Assembly (NCBI GenBank): GCA_965223845.1
Contig: CBDCXR010000004.1
Span: 1,984,001-2,048,000 of the forward strand
Reading direction: 5' to 3'
DNA: 64,000 nucleotides
Origin: Planctomycetota bacterium
GTDB taxonomy: Bacteria; Planctomycetota; UBA8108; SXIK01
This document shows, piece after piece, positions 19,698 through 31,350 of the stretch; positions within the stretch are counted from its first letter, which is position 1; each line of letters opens with the position of its first letter. Made by a program: the position numbers and the translations under genes. A model generated the notes under the pieces. The model was not told the origin of the DNA, ran no database searches, and was given only the letters and a program-made list of their open reading frames with translations.

Positions 19698-20447
19698 CTA
19701 ATGCTCCTCCCGGCGGCTTTCGCCGGCGATCCGCTCGAACGCGGTACGCATCCGCGCCTGCGCGTCTTTCAGCCCCTCGATGGTCGGCGATGCGGAGTCG
19801 CGTGCGTATGCGATGACCTCCTCCTCGGCACGGACGAGCTTCGCGCACCCGCGCGCGACCTCCCGCACGATCTCGTGCGGGATCGTCGTCACGCCATTGG
19901 CATCGGCGTGGAGAATGTCTCCCGGACGCACCTCGATTCCTCCGACGTGCACCGGCACGTGAACGTCGACGATGCGGCAGCACGCGTGCGAAGGCGAAAC
20001 GCCGGCGCTGAAGCACGGAAACTCGAGGCGCCCGACCTGCTCGAGATCTCGGGCGTAGCCCGACGTGACGAGACCCGCGCAGCCGAACGCCTTGTAAACG
20101 GTGCACATGACTTCCCCGAAGGTGGCGCCGAGCGGCGGATCGTCGAGATCGTGAAAGACGACGATCCTCGGCTCCGGGAGCTCCGTCGCGAACCGCTCGA
20201 CCTGCCCCGAAATCAGAGTGTACGCGTCGTCCGCGGCCGCGGGCTGCGCGCTGCGAAACGTCGCGGTCGTCGCGTAGCCGACGATCGGCGGCAAGTGGGG
20301 AAACCGCGCCTCGATGCGCCGATCCATGAAGCCGGTGTTTCGCGGGCGAATATCGAAGAGCTCGATGACATTGCAAACGGTCGGCGTGTCGAACTTGCGC
20401 AGCTCGGCGAAGATCTCGTCGTCGACGGGTTCGATGCGAAAGGTCAT
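19698..20447 (-). CDS. RraA family protein (HMG-aldolase-like)
   Basis: DTPTVCNVIE, VGYATT, ATFGEVM, GLVTSGYARD, VRPGDILHADANGV. Confidence 0.88.
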   Translation of the reverse strand: MTFRIEPVDDEIFAELRKFDTPTVCNVIELFDIRPRNTGFMDRRIEARFPHLPPIVGYATTATFRSAQPAAADDAYTLISGQVERFATELPEPRIVVFHDLDDPPLGATFGEVMCTVYKAFGCAGLVTSGYARDLEQVGRLEFPCFSAGVSPSHACCRIVDVHVPVHVGGIEVRPGDILHADANGVTTIPHEIVREVARGCAKLVRAEEEVIAYARDSASPTIEGLKDAQARMRTAFERIAGESRREEH

Positions 20448-21274
20448 GTCCAGCCCTCTTCCGTTTGGATGTTCTCGATCAGATCCCGAGTGCGCCGGAT
20501 TCCCTCGGCCTCCGGGAGCTCCGTTCCCTCGTACTCGATGCCGATCGGACCGTCGTAACGCGCCGCGACGACGAGGCGCAACATCCGGCGGTAGTCGATC
20601 GTCGTCTCCTCGCCGTCACTCGAGAAGTCGAACGACTTCGCGCTCACGCCACCGGCGTACGGAAGCATACGCTCCACGGCAGAATACGGATCGGCGGTGG
20701 GAGTGAAGTTGCCGAAGTCGGGGAGCGTTCCGATTCTCTCGACGCCCACACGGCGAACGAGCTCGACGACGGCGTCCGTGTTCGCCGAGAGGCCACCGTG
20801 GTTCTCGACGAGGACACGAATGTCCGAGGGAGCAGCGTACTCGCCGAGCGCGGCGAAGCTCTCTGCGCATCGCTTGAGCACGTCCTCCACCTCTGTCGAC
20901 TGGAGTGGCGAGCGCCACGTGAGCGGGGAACCTCCGCCCGTGTTGACGCGTACGGCGCGGCAGCCGAGCTCAGCCGCGACGTCGAACCAGCGCCGGTGAT
21001 TCTCGATCGCCTTCCTCCGGAGCTTTGGCCGCCGGTGGCTCAAATCCCCGCAGTCATCCACCATGAGAAGGAAGATCTCGACGTCGAACTCTTCCGCCTG
21101 TCGCGCGAGCTCTCGGATCGACTGCGTCGTCGGCTTCCCGACGAGGGTATTCACGAGCTCGATCGTGGCGATGCCGAACTGCGTACGCGCGATCCGCGGG
21201 AGGTCACGACCGCGGCATTCCCCGAGCGCAATGCTGCGATGGAGCGACCAGTGGGCGAGACTGATTCGGTTCAC
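20444..21274 (-). CDS. Sugar phosphate isomerase/epimerase (xylose isomerase-like TIM barrel)
   Basis: LGCRAVRVN, LVENHGGLS, GTLPDFGNF, VSAK, YDGPIGIEYEG; overlaps both neighbours. Confidence 0.88.
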   Translation of the reverse strand: MNRISLAHWSLHRSIALGECRGRDLPRIARTQFGIATIELVNTLVGKPTTQSIRELARQAEEFDVEIFLLMVDDCGDLSHRRPKLRRKAIENHRRWFDVAAELGCRAVRVNTGGGSPLTWRSPLQSTEVEDVLKRCAESFAALGEYAAPSDIRVLVENHGGLSANTDAVVELVRRVGVERIGTLPDFGNFTPTADPYSAVERMLPYAGGVSAKSFDFSSDGEETTIDYRRMLRLVVAARYDGPIGIEYEGTELPEAEGIRRTRDLIENIQTEEGWT

Positions 21275-22347
21275 GCACTCTCCCCGTCCGGGTGAATCCA
21301 GGTGCCGTTCGAGTCGACGCGATAGCCACTCGCTTCGAGCGCGCGGTGAAAAGCCTCTCTCGACTTCGCGTGACCGTGGAGCGCCGCCTCCTCACCGATC
21401 CGCCGGCCTCGCTTCCCGGGGACTTCGAGGTGAATGGTCACGACCGGCGAGCGGAGGACATCTCGCACGCCGCGGACGAGAGCGAGTAGATCGATGCCCG
21501 ATGCGCTTCCTTGGTGTTCCGCGAAGTGCTCGGTCGCGAGGAACTCGGCATCGGTGTTTTTCAGGTGGAGTGCGTCGATCTCCGCTGGGAACGCTTCGAA
21601 CCACGCGCGGAAATCACGCTCGTCCGCATCCGGACACTCCGCCGCGCTGATTCCGTGTCCCGTGTCGTAGCAGAGCTGCACGGGAACGGTTGTCTTCTCG
21701 TTTGCGACGTGATCCGCTCGCAGCTCATCGAGCGTCGCGCGCGTCTCCGCGATCGTCGCGCAGCCTTCGCGCCGCGCCGCCGACATCTCGATTGCGAGGC
21801 TCTGGAGGCCGAGGCTGCGTGCGTCCCGCACCCAGCGTTTCCAGGTGCCGATCACGCGCTCGTAGGCGACGTCGAATTCGCCGGCGTCGGCCTCTTGCTC
21901 GCGATCGAGCGTGCAAAGCGCCGCGCCGCACCGTGGCGCTCCTTGCGCGGCCGCCTGCTCGAGGAGCGAGCGGCCCACGACGTACGCGCTCTCAGCGACG
22001 CCCGCGTCTCGCGATCCGATTGCGCCCGAGTCGCGGTACACGGTGAACACGCTCGTGATCTCGACGCCGACCTCGCCCGCCGCGCGACCGACACCGCGGT
22101 GATACTCGCGGTAGGCATCGGGATCGCGCACGAAGAACGTCGGCCCGAAATCGTTGTCCGCAACGCCCTCCACGAACTTGAATCCTAGCTCGCGCGCGAC
22201 TTCGAACGCGCGCCGCGGGCCGTAGACGTACTTCGCAAAATTGAGATTGACGCCGAAGCGGATGCGAGGGGGAGTTCTTCTCGAAGATCCTAAGACTTCG
22301 CTCGATGTCACCGGTTCACCCGTCGCCATCGGAGAGACCTGATTCAT
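21271..22347 (-). CDS. TIM-barrel sugar isomerase/epimerase-like protein
   Basis: LAIEMS, LCYDTGHG, LHLKNTD and HLEV metal-ligand pattern; start uncertain (22329-22353). Confidence 0.75.
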   Translation of the reverse strand: MNQVSPMATGEPVTSSEVLGSSRRTPPRIRFGVNLNFAKYVYGPRRAFEVARELGFKFVEGVADNDFGPTFFVRDPDAYREYHRGVGRAAGEVGVEITSVFTVYRDSGAIGSRDAGVAESAYVVGRSLLEQAAAQGAPRCGAALCTLDREQEADAGEFDVAYERVIGTWKRWVRDARSLGLQSLAIEMSAARREGCATIAETRATLDELRADHVANEKTTVPVQLCYDTGHGISAAECPDADERDFRAWFEAFPAEIDALHLKNTDAEFLATEHFAEHQGSASGIDLLALVRGVRDVLRSPVVTIHLEVPGKRGRRIGEEAALHGHAKSREAFHRALEASGYRVDSNGTWIHPDGESA

Positions 22348-22461
22348 TCGCACCTCGGCGGACGGAGTACGTCACGCGATCTGGCCCCTCGACGAGTCGA
22401 GTTGCAACTCTTCACGGGCACTCGCACGCTCGAGAGGCCGGTTGGAGCCCTCAGCGATCCG

Positions 22462-23691
22462 TTAGAAGCTCGCCTTCACTCGTTCGATCGCCTCGACGAC
22501 TTGTTCCCGAACACCGAACGCGCTCAGGCGGAAGTATCCCTCGCCCGCGGGACCGAATCCCGAGCCCGGCGTGCCGACGACTCGCGCGCCCTCGAGGAGG
22601 CGGTCGAAGAACGCCCAAGAATCGAGTCCGCTCGGCGTCTTGAGCCAGATGTAGGGCGCGTTCACACCGCCGAACACCTCGATACCCGCTGCGCTGAGGC
22701 CCTCACGGATCAGGCGCGCGTTCTCCAGGTAGTAGTTGATCGTCGCGCGCACCTCCTCCCGGCCCGCCTCGCTGTACACCGCGGCGGCCGCGGCCTGTAC
22801 GGGATAGGACGCGCCATTGAACTTCGTCGACTGGCGGCGATTCCAAAGTGCGTGGAGCGAAGCGGTCTCTCCACTCGCCTCCACTCCGGAAAGCTCCTTC
22901 GGCACCACCGTGTACGCGCAGCGAACGCCGGTGAAGCCGGCGGTCTTCGAGAAGCTGCGGAACTCAATCGCGACTTCACGCGCCCCGTCGATCTCGTAGA
23001 TCGAATGCGGAATGTGCCCCTCCGAGATGAAGGCCTCGTAGGCAGCATCGAAGAGGAGCACCGCTCCGGCTCCACGAGCATAGTCGACCCACCGGGCGAG
23101 GTCGTCGCGCGTGGCGACCGCCCCGGTCGGATTGTTCGGAAAGCAAAGGTAGACGATGTCGACAGGATCCGCCGGCGGCTCGGGCAGGAATCCATTTTCC
23201 TCGAGACACGGCATGTACACGATGCCTTCGTAGCGTCCGGAGCTGTCCGCCGCGCCGGTTCGACCGGCCATCACGTTCGTGTCGACGTAAACGGGATAAA
23301 CGGGATCGGCGACCGCGAACGTCGCCTCGGGCGCGAAGATCTCTTGGATGTTTCCGCTGTCACACTTCGAGCCATCGGAGACGAACACTTCGTCCGGCGA
23401 CACGTCGACGCCGCGAGCTCGGTACTCGTGCTCGCAAATCGCCTCGCGCAGGAACGCGTAGCCCTGCTCGGGACCGTAGCCGCGAAAAGAGTCAGCCGCC
23501 GCCATCTCGTCGACTCCGCGGTGGAACGCCTCGACGATGGCTGGCGCGAGTGGACGTACGACGTCGCCGATCCCGAGACGGATCACGTCCGCGTCGGGAT
23601 GGGCATCGGTGAACTTCTTCACCCGCCGCGCGATTTCGGGAAAGAGGTATCCCGCAGCGAGCTTCCGGTAGTTGGAGTTGATCCTAGCCAT
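22462..23691 (-). CDS. dapL: LL-diaminopimelate aminotransferase
   Basis: [56 protein letters not shown]. Confidence 0.96.
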   Translation of the reverse strand: MARINSNYRKLAAGYLFPEIARRVKKFTDAHPDADVIRLGIGDVVRPLAPAIVEAFHRGVDEMAAADSFRGYGPEQGYAFLREAICEHEYRARGVDVSPDEVFVSDGSKCDSGNIQEIFAPEATFAVADPVYPVYVDTNVMAGRTGAADSSGRYEGIVYMPCLEENGFLPEPPADPVDIVYLCFPNNPTGAVATRDDLARWVDYARGAGAVLLFDAAYEAFISEGHIPHSIYEIDGAREVAIEFRSFSKTAGFTGVRCAYTVVPKELSGVEASGETASLHALWNRRQSTKFNGASYPVQAAAAAVYSEAGREEVRATINYYLENARLIREGLSAAGIEVFGGVNAPYIWLKTPSGLDSWAFFDRLLEGARVVGTPGSGFGPAGEGYFRLSAFGVREQVVEAIERVKASF

Positions 23692-23870
23692 GACGTTCTG
23701 ATCTCGATCGGTGCGTTGCCATCGCATCACGCCACGCTCGCACGCGGCCAGTCGGCGATGGATGAAGCGAAGAAGGTACCACGATCGAGTGGCGCTGGGC
23801 AGACCCCCGGCGCGATTCGCGGCGCAGCTCGAGCGCGGCCGGCGGAGATTCGGGGCGGTTTCCGTCCGCC

Positions 23871-26633
23871 TCAGGCGTTCGCCGTCTCTTCGGCCGGCGT
23901 CGCGCCGGATGCCTTCGTTGCCGCCGCGTCTTTCGCCGCCGTTTTCTTCGTTGCACGCTTCTTCGTGCTCGATTTCTTTGCGGCTTTCTTCGTCGTCTTT
24001 TTCTTCGCGCCGCTCTTCTTCGCAGACGCTTTCTTCGTCGCGGCCTTCTTTTTCGCGGTCTTCTTCTTCGTCGTGGACTTTTTCTTCTTCTTCGACGGAC
24101 CCGCCGCTGCCCGCGCGCGGATCAGCTCGACGGCGGCATCGAGCGTCACCTCATCGGGATCGTCTCCCCGGGGAATCGACGCGTTGGTCGTGCCGTCCGT
24201 GACGTACGGCCCGTAGCGCCCGGCGAGAAGCTTGATCGGTTCGCCCGAATCGGGGTGCGCGCCCAGCTCGCGCAGCACCTTCGGCGTCCTCCGCCCGCCC
24301 TTCTTCTCCTGCTTGAAGAGGACGAGCGCCGCATCGACCGTCACCGAGAAAACCTCCTCGGGCTCGGCGAGACTGCGGGTGTCGGTTCCCCGCTTCACGT
24401 ACGGGCCGTAGCGGCCGTAGTCGACGAAGATCTCCTCTCCCGTCTCGGGGCAGGTTCCGATCGATCGCGGGAGCGAGAGGAGCGAGAGAGCCTGCTCGAG
24501 CGACACCTCCGCCGCAGACATGCCGGGAAGGAGCGACTTCATCTTCGGCTTCGAGCCGTCTTCGCCGTCGCCGAGCTGAACGTACGGACCGAACCTACCG
24601 GTCTTCACGAACACCGGCTGCCCGGATTCCGGATGCTCACCGAGCTGCTTCGGCCCCTGATCCTCGGCGAGGAGCTCGAGCGCACGCTCGAGCGAAAGCT
24701 CGTCGGGAGCGAGGTCGTCTGGAATCGACGCGCGATCGTCGCCGCACTCGAGATAGGGCCCGTAGCGACCGACTCGGATATTGACGTCGACGCCCTTCGG
24801 CCCCTTCCCCAGCGGCAAGGTACACGACTCGCGCGCGTCGATCTCCTGCTCGACGAGCGCCTTGAGCCCTTCGGCACTATCGCTCCCGAAGTAAAACGAC
24901 TTCAGGTAGGGGATGCGATCCTTGTCGCCGAGAGAGATCGCGTCGAGCTCGTCTTCGAGTCGCGCCGTGAACTCGACGTCGACGAGATCCGCAAAGTGCT
25001 TCTCCATGAGCTGAACCACCGCGAACGCGGTAAAGCTCGGCACGAGCGCATTGCTCTGCTTGCCAACGTAGTTCCGCTGGATGATGGTGTCGATGATCGA
25101 CGCGTAGGTACTCGGCCGGCCGATTCCGCGCGCTTCGAGCTCCTTGACGAGAGATGCCTCCGTGTAACGCGCGGGGGGCTGAGTGGTGTGACTTCTCGCT
25201 TCGAGCTTTTCGCACGCGAGCGCGTCGCCCTCCGAAACGTTCGGGAGAACGACCTCCTTGTCGGCGAGCTCGGCGTCGGGGTCGTCGGCGCCCTCGACGT
25301 ACGCGCGGAGGTACCCGGGAAAGTCGATCGTCTTCCCGCTCGCTTGAAACACCGCGTCGCCGCACTCGACCCGCACCGCGATGCGATGTCCGCGGGCGTC
25401 GGCCATCTGGCAAGCCATCGTGCGCTTCCAGATGAGCTCGTAGAGCTTGAGCTCGGTCGCGCTCACTTCCCGCGCGATGTCTTCCGGTCGGCGGAAATCA
25501 CCCGAAGGCCGAATCGCTTCGTGTGCCTCCTGCGCGTTTTTCACTTTGGTGCGGAACTGCCGCACATCCGGGGAGAGGAAATCCGAACCGTAGAGCTGTC
25601 CGATCAGACCGCGAACGCTCGTCACCGCTTCCTTCGCGAGCGAGGTCGAGTCTGTTCGCATATACGTAATGAAACCGTTCTCGTAGAGCCGCTGCGCCGC
25701 CTGCATCGTCTGCCGGGCGGAGTAGCGGAGCTTGCGGTTCGCTTCCTGCTGGAGGGTGCTCGTAGTAAAAGGAGCCGACGGCTTCGATGTGTACGGCTTC
25801 TTCTCGACCGACTCGACCTTCCAGTCGCCGCTCTCGAGCCGCCCGCGGAGCTCCTCGGCTCGCGGCTCGTCGAGAAGGACGACGCCGTCCGTCTTCTTCA
25901 GCTTGCCCGTGGCCGCATCGAAGTCCTTTCCCGACGCGATGCGATCGCCGCCGAGCGTGGCGAGCGTCGCTTCGAACTCGCGGCCGTCGCTCGCGGCGAA
26001 ATTCGCGCGCAGATCCCAGTACGAGCTTCGGACGAATCGCTGGCGCTCGCGCTCCCGTTCGACGACGAGACGCACGGCGACCGATTGCACTCGACCCGCC
26101 GAGAGACGCGGCTTGATCTTCCGCCAGAGAATCGGAGAAACCTCGTAGCCGTAGAGGCGGTCGAGGATGCGACGCGCCTCCTGCGCCTCGACGAGCCGAT
26201 CGTCGAGATCGCGCGGGCTCTCGAGTGCTTTCTCGATGGCTTCGCGCGTGATCTCGTGGAAGACGAGCCGCCGCTGCGGCACCTTCGGCTTCAACACCTG
26301 GAGGAGATGCCAGCTGATCGATTCCCCCTCGCGATCCTCGTCAGTCGCGAGGTAGAGGACCTCGGCCTCCTTGAGGAGAGCCTTCAGCCGCGTCACCTGC
26401 TTCTTCTTGTCGGCGGGGACGACGTAGACCGGCTCGAAGTCGTTCTCGACATCGATCCCGAGTCGCGCCCAAGGCTGCTCTTTGACCGCCGCCGGGATCT
26501 CCTTCGCCGAGTTCGGCAGGTCCCGGATGTGGCCGATACTCGCCTCGACGACGAAGTCGTCGGGAAGAAACGTCGACAGCGTTCTCGCCTTCGCGGGTGA
26601 CTCGACGATGACCAAGCTCTTGCTCTTACCCAC
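23871..26633 (-). CDS. topA: DNA topoisomerase I with Lys-rich C-terminal tail
   Basis: [48 protein letters not shown]-terminal repeats; GTG start at 26633. Confidence 0.97.
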   Translation of the reverse strand: MGKSKSLVIVESPAKARTLSTFLPDDFVVEASIGHIRDLPNSAKEIPAAVKEQPWARLGIDVENDFEPVYVVPADKKKQVTRLKALLKEAEVLYLATDEDREGESISWHLLQVLKPKVPQRRLVFHEITREAIEKALESPRDLDDRLVEAQEARRILDRLYGYEVSPILWRKIKPRLSAGRVQSVAVRLVVERERERQRFVRSSYWDLRANFAASDGREFEATLATLGGDRIASGKDFDAATGKLKKTDGVVLLDEPRAEELRGRLESGDWKVESVEKKPYTSKPSAPFTTSTLQQEANRKLRYSARQTMQAAQRLYENGFITYMRTDSTSLAKEAVTSVRGLIGQLYGSDFLSPDVRQFRTKVKNAQEAHEAIRPSGDFRRPEDIAREVSATELKLYELIWKRTMACQMADARGHRIAVRVECGDAVFQASGKTIDFPGYLRAYVEGADDPDAELADKEVVLPNVSEGDALACEKLEARSHTTQPPARYTEASLVKELEARGIGRPSTYASIIDTIIQRNYVGKQSNALVPSFTAFAVVQLMEKHFADLVDVEFTARLEDELDAISLGDKDRIPYLKSFYFGSDSAEGLKALVEQEIDARESCTLPLGKGPKGVDVNIRVGRYGPYLECGDDRASIPDDLAPDELSLERALELLAEDQGPKQLGEHPESGQPVFVKTGRFGPYVQLGDGEDGSKPKMKSLLPGMSAAEVSLEQALSLLSLPRSIGTCPETGEEIFVDYGRYGPYVKRGTDTRSLAEPEEVFSVTVDAALVLFKQEKKGGRRTPKVLRELGAHPDSGEPIKLLAGRYGPYVTDGTTNASIPRGDDPDEVTLDAAVELIRARAAAGPSKKKKKSTTKKKTAKKKAATKKASAKKSGAKKKTTKKAAKKSSTKKRATKKTAAKDAAATKASGATPAEETANA

Positions 26634-26969
26634 CGTGCTCGCCTCTTCCGTGTGCTCGTTTCGGGTGTCCGTTTCGGCCTGGGCCCTGCGACCGCGCGTA
26701 CGCTCCGCCAGCCGCGGCTCCTCCCACGCGGTCCTCTCGGCTCTCGCCTCTTCCTCGCCCGCGTCACGCGAAAGCTTTAGCGGAGAGCGAGATTCGAGCG
26801 CGTCTCGGTATCGTCTCCCGGCGACCCTCGCACGCGCGAGCAACCGCCTAAGGCATGTCAAATAAACACTTTACGGCCTTGCTCGATGCGGCCCGGCCGC
26901 CTCTAGCTCTCCCTTCTTTGCCACACGCCCGCGGAGAAGGCAAGAGGACACCTCGCCCCCGCGCCCCTC

Positions 26970-29900
26970 TCAGCCCCCCTTCCCAGAGTCGAGCTCCGGA
27001 TCCCAGAAGAGGGGCAAATATCGGTAATAGACCTCGAGACTGAGGATCGCAAAGCACGTCGAGAGGAGCCGCCCTCCTCCCTCGGTCCACGAGTCGGTCG
27101 GGTCCCAGCTTCCCGCTTTCGGGCCTTCGCTGTGCTGCGTGCGTACGAGGTACTCCCTCGCTTGCTCGTTCCACCGCTCCCAGATCCACCCCTGGTACTG
27201 GTAGAGCCCGAGCGTCGAGTAGTAGACGAAGTAGAGATTGTTGAGCTGAGGATTGCGCGTGTTCTCGCTGTGGATGTACCGCGCCGCCTCCTCGATGTTT
27301 CGGTCCGTGCGGCTCGACCCGAGGAGCTGGCGAACGAACATTCCCTCCGCCACCATGGCGATGCGAGGCTCCTCGGGGTTCGAGTATCCGTAGATTCCCT
27401 GGTGCGTTCCGCCGGCGACCTCGACGTCGAGCCAATGACGCGCGCGCTCGAAGCTCGCCTCGGGGACGCGGTAGCCCGCGTTCTTGAGACTCGTAAGCGC
27501 CATCACTTGCCAGCCCGTAACCGACGTATCACCCCGAACCGGAGGTTGGGGGAGGTAACGCCACCCGCCGGTGGTGCGATTCTGCGCGCGGACGATGATC
27601 GTGCCGGCGTTTCGGAGTGGAACGCGCAGACGCTTATCGCGCGTGAGGATATAAGCCTCGCTGAGTGCGAGCGTCGCGATCCCGTGGTTGTAGAGGACGT
27701 ACTTCTGGTCGCGACCGGCGATGAGCCCGTCTTTCGTCTGCATGTCGAGCAGCCAGTCGATCGCGCGTTTGACGTGGTAGCGGTAGGGGCTCGACGTGTT
27801 GGCGTGCGTGTGGTTTTGCCCGAGAAAACAAAGGAGAGCGAGTCCCGTGATCGCGACATCGCAGCGCGTGTGGAATCCCGGGCTTCCGCAATCGGGGCAA
27901 GTCGCGAGGAACCCGTCGACATCCCAGCGGCCGTCGGGCGACTGGTTGCGCGCGAGCCACTCGAGACCGAGTCGGACCGCATTCTCCGATTCCGGTGTTC
28001 CGCCCATCGATCGGACGAGCTTCTTTCGACTCGGCTCGGACCGAACGCTGCGCAAGTCCGTTTTCTCGTTGGGATCGGACTCCGGCAGAACGACCGCGAC
28101 CGAGGGGGAGCTCGTCTTCGGGAGATCGACGCGCGCGACCTCGGTGGCGGCCGGTGGCGCCGGGCGAACGACGGCCTCCGCGACGAGCGACGAAGGCGCG
28201 CTCGACGAGCCGGCGGGCTCGCTGCCTTGCGCGGGAGACGCGGCGACGTGCGGCGTCGGCGATCGGTGCGACGACTGTGCGAGGCGCGCACGCGGGACCT
28301 CGAGCCCGAGGACGTCTCCGACCTCCGGCGCGCCCGCCGCGACGCGTCGCCCGGCTTCGCCGTCGGGGAGCCGCACGTCGGTCTCAAAGGGCGCGGGCGT
28401 AGGGCTCGCGTCGACCGTGGTGAGACTGCCCGGAGTCGGCGCCGACGCGAGTGGCGCCGGTGAGGCAGCGGTCACCGCGTTGAGCGCGTTCGCCGGCGCG
28501 ACCTCGGGAGCGGACGCTGGCGCCGGTGTCGACGCCGGTGACCCGCTGGCTCGCGAGCTCGTACTCGGGGACGAGTCGAGTCGCCTCTCCGCGCGCGTCG
28601 GCCGCGGGACGATCTCGCTCCTCGCCGCGCTCGCACGCGCAAGCTCGACCGGACTCGGCTCCGGAAGTCGGTCCGGGTCTGCCTTTGCCGTCGGCAGTCG
28701 GGACGCGACGTCGAGGGACGACTCGCGCAGCTCCGCGGCCGCGTCGGGCACGTCGGTCGGCGCCACTCCCGTCGGTGCTCTCACCCATTCGGACCGAACG
28801 GCCAGCGTCGCCGCGCTCGGCGGCGGCGGAGCGGGCGCCGGCGCGGGGAGCGGGCGAGCGATGGCTCGCGCCTCGACACGACGACTCGGCGCGGAGGGTT
28901 CGACGGACAGCTCGGGCTCCGGCTCGGTGACTCGCGCCGGAAGCGGCAGCTCGTCCCGGAAGAGAGGCTGCGCGGGAGCGACCCGCGCGAGCGGGGGGAG
29001 CGTCTCGGGCGGTTCGGGCACCTCCGCGCGGACTTGCGTGCGCGCCGCCCGTGTGACCGTCCGGGCGTGAACGATGGCCTGAGATGACTCGTGCGCGACG
29101 ACCGCGCCGACCGCGCCGGGTCGAGGCGTTTCCGACTCTACCTGAAGGCTCTTTGCGACGCCGGCCGGCGCGAGCTGCGGCTCGCTCGCCGGCTCGACCG
29201 GAACGGGACTCGGGAGCGACTCGACCGCGACCCGCTCGTGGCGCGCTAAGTCCTCGACGAGCTCCGTACGCGGCGCACTCACCGTCACCTCCGGGAGATT
29301 CGGCAGCGCGGCCGCCGTTGCTGCGACCGTGGCGACGCGCTCGAGCGCCGGAGTTTCGACGACGTGCGCGTCGACGGACGAGACGAGCGGCGTGGTCGGC
29401 AGCACGCGCTGAGTCGACGTCGGAGTCGAGAGCTCGGGCGCCGCGGACGGGTCGAGCTCTTCGGGGAGATCGAGATCGAAGCGCTGCGTCGCGAGCGTGA
29501 GCCGCGCCTGGAGGGTCTTCTCGATCGTGACCTCCGCGAGCGCGGCCTTCGGAGCAAGGGGCTCGAACTCGGTGCTGATTCGCCAGAAGTAGAACCCGTA
29601 GAGCATACCGACATGAAGAAAGACGGCGGCGAGCGCGCAGCGGAGAGAGAGACTGAGCGCCCAAAAGTGACGGTAGCGAAGAACCGCCCAAACCGCCCCG
29701 AGGAGAGCGACTCCTCCGATGACGAATCCGCCGATCCAGACCGCGTACTCCGTCGCGACCTCAAGTGGAACCGCATTCAGCGAAAGCTCCGGCGCGACCT
29801 CGTGCGAGCGACTCTCGAAGTAAGCCGACGCGCCCGTGTCCACGTTCGTCACGCGGTACGCGAGCGCAAAGCCCTCGAGGAATAGAACGGGATGGCTGTC

Positions 29901-30902
29901 GTCGAGCGAGGAGTTCACCGTCGGGCCGATACTCTCCGGTTCCCCGCATCGGATCCGCGTCGCCGAGCGTTCGTCGCCGCCGCTCACGCGGCTGCGACTG
30001 CGGTAGATGTCGAGTCCGCCCTTACCACCGGCGCGATTCGATGCGAAGTAGAGAAACGTTCCGCTCGGCGAGAACGAGGGAGTCGTTTCGTCGCTCTCCC
30101 GCGCGCTCGCGGAAATCGGCTCCGGATCGGACCACCCGCCGCGGAGTCGCCCCCCCGCGGGAGCGTAGACGACCGCGAGATTGTCGTCCGCGGCCGTCCA
30201 GTTCGCGATCGGAACGTCGTCCCACTCCTCGGGCGGCGAGAGGATGAAGGTCTCGGGACGGTTCGTCGCGAAGACGAGGAGCCGTCCGTTCGGGTGCGGC
30301 GCGGGGCCGTAGTCGTCGAAGGGCGAGTTGACGCGCGAGCCGAGATGGATCGGCTCCGACCACCCCGTCTCCGCACGGCGACTCGCGTAGAGATCGAAAC
30401 CTCCGAGCCCGCGCGGACGATCGCTCGCGAAGAAGAGGACGCTCCCGTCGCGAGTGAGAACGGGAGTCACCTCATCGTGCTCCGTGTGGATCGGTGCCGA
30501 GTCTCCTCCGAGAAGAGCGGGCTCGGTCCAGCCGTCGCGCGTGAGTGTCCGCTCGAAGAGATCGTAGTCACCGGCGTCGCTTCGGAGCGAAACGACGACC
30601 GACGTCTCGGACGTCGCGCCACCCGTTTCGTCGCCGGCGGTGATCTCGATCGCGGGCGGGATCTCACGCGGCGACGACCAGAGGACGCTTCGAATGTTCA
30701 GGCGATCCTTCGAGTCCCAGATCACGTCGCCGTCGCGGTAGATCCAGCGCACGAGGCCGGTGCGAAACCCGGCCCAGACCGCGACGAGTATCGTCGTCGC
30801 GACGACGGCCGCGATCCAGCCGCCGGCCGTCCACCACGATCGTGGCGAGGGGGGCGGCGATCCCGTAGACGCTCGCGACTCTCCTTGGATCTCGCGTCTC
30901 AT
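26970..30902 (-). CDS. Multidomain membrane protein: PD40 (TolB-like) propeller + His-containing TM + Pro/Ala-rich linker + prenyltransferase/squalene-cyclase-fold barrel
   Basis: PD40 repeats (LFFASDRPRGLGGFDLY, LYFASNRAGGKGGLDIY); AAVFLHVGML TM; ~500-aa P/A/E/S-rich linker; GLEWLARNQSPDGRW, YNHGIATLALSEAY, QNRTTGGWRY repeats. ATGA overlap with exbD. Confidence 0.85.
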   Translation of the reverse strand: MRREIQGESRASTGSPPPSPRSWWTAGGWIAAVVATTILVAVWAGFRTGLVRWIYRDGDVIWDSKDRLNIRSVLWSSPREIPPAIEITAGDETGGATSETSVVVSLRSDAGDYDLFERTLTRDGWTEPALLGGDSAPIHTEHDEVTPVLTRDGSVLFFASDRPRGLGGFDLYASRRAETGWSEPIHLGSRVNSPFDDYGPAPHPNGRLLVFATNRPETFILSPPEEWDDVPIANWTAADDNLAVVYAPAGGRLRGGWSDPEPISASARESDETTPSFSPSGTFLYFASNRAGGKGGLDIYRSRSRVSGGDERSATRIRCGEPESIGPTVNSSLDDSHPVLFLEGFALAYRVTNVDTGASAYFESRSHEVAPELSLNAVPLEVATEYAVWIGGFVIGGVALLGAVWAVLRYRHFWALSLSLRCALAAVFLHVGMLYGFYFWRISTEFEPLAPKAALAEVTIEKTLQARLTLATQRFDLDLPEELDPSAAPELSTPTSTQRVLPTTPLVSSVDAHVVETPALERVATVAATAAALPNLPEVTVSAPRTELVEDLARHERVAVESLPSPVPVEPASEPQLAPAGVAKSLQVESETPRPGAVGAVVAHESSQAIVHARTVTRAARTQVRAEVPEPPETLPPLARVAPAQPLFRDELPLPARVTEPEPELSVEPSAPSRRVEARAIARPLPAPAPAPPPPSAATLAVRSEWVRAPTGVAPTDVPDAAAELRESSLDVASRLPTAKADPDRLPEPSPVELARASAARSEIVPRPTRAERRLDSSPSTSSRASGSPASTPAPASAPEVAPANALNAVTAASPAPLASAPTPGSLTTVDASPTPAPFETDVRLPDGEAGRRVAAGAPEVGDVLGLEVPRARLAQSSHRSPTPHVAASPAQGSEPAGSSSAPSSLVAEAVVRPAPPAATEVARVDLPKTSSPSVAVVLPESDPNEKTDLRSVRSEPSRKKLVRSMGGTPESENAVRLGLEWLARNQSPDGRWDVDGFLATCPDCGSPGFHTRCDVAITGLALLCFLGQNHTHANTSSPYRYHVKRAIDWLLDMQTKDGLIAGRDQKYVLYNHGIATLALSEAYILTRDKRLRVPLRNAGTIIVRAQNRTTGGWRYLPQPPVRGDTSVTGWQVMALTSLKNAGYRVPEASFERARHWLDVEVAGGTHQGIYGYSNPEEPRIAMVAEGMFVRQLLGSSRTDRNIEEAARYIHSENTRNPQLNNLYFVYYSTLGLYQYQGWIWERWNEQAREYLVRTQHSEGPKAGSWDPTDSWTEGGGRLLSTCFAILSLEVYYRYLPLFWDPELDSGKGG

Positions 30903-31312
30903 TCTTCTTGCGTGAACGCGAAGTTGGGCGTCTTGAACCCGATGCGCGTGCAGATCTCGAGCGTCTCGGCCATCGCGGTGACGCGGCCGCGCGTGTCCGT
31001 GCGGATGACGACCTCGCCGTCCGGCTTTTCCTCGTGGCGTGCTCGGACGATGCGCTCGAGCTCCGCGAGATCACGAACGCGACCGTCGACGATCTTCTGA
31101 CCATCGGCGTCGATGTTGATGACGAGGACGTCGTTCACGGTGCTGATCGGCATCGTTGAGCGCGTCTTCGCGAGTCGAATGCTCTCGTCGCGCTCTGCCT
31201 CGTGAAACCGGCTCGTCGCGATGAAGAAGACGACGAGGATGAACATCATGTCGATGAACGTCGTCAGGTTCGGCGCGCTATCGCCGCTCGCATCGGGGCG
31301 TCGGATTCTCAT
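30899..31312 (-). CDS. exbD: ExbD/TolR family biopolymer transport protein
   Basis: PNLTTFIDMMFILVVFFIAT TM with the conserved Asp; VVIRTD. Confidence 0.9.
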   Translation of the reverse strand: MRIRRPDASGDSAPNLTTFIDMMFILVVFFIATSRFHEAERDESIRLAKTRSTMPISTVNDVLVINIDADGQKIVDGRVRDLAELERIVRARHEEKPDGEVVIRTDTRGRVTAMAETLEICTRIGFKTPNFAFTQEE

Positions 31313-31350
31313 TGGCGTGTGCTCTCCACGCGTTTTCGATCAGCCGCTGG

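Noticed and set aside
26970-28000. C-terminal barrel as a true squalene-hopene cyclase partnering the squalene synthase
   Set aside because: Single barrel only, no DxDD catalytic motif, and fused to a periplasmic stalk in an ExbBD operon.
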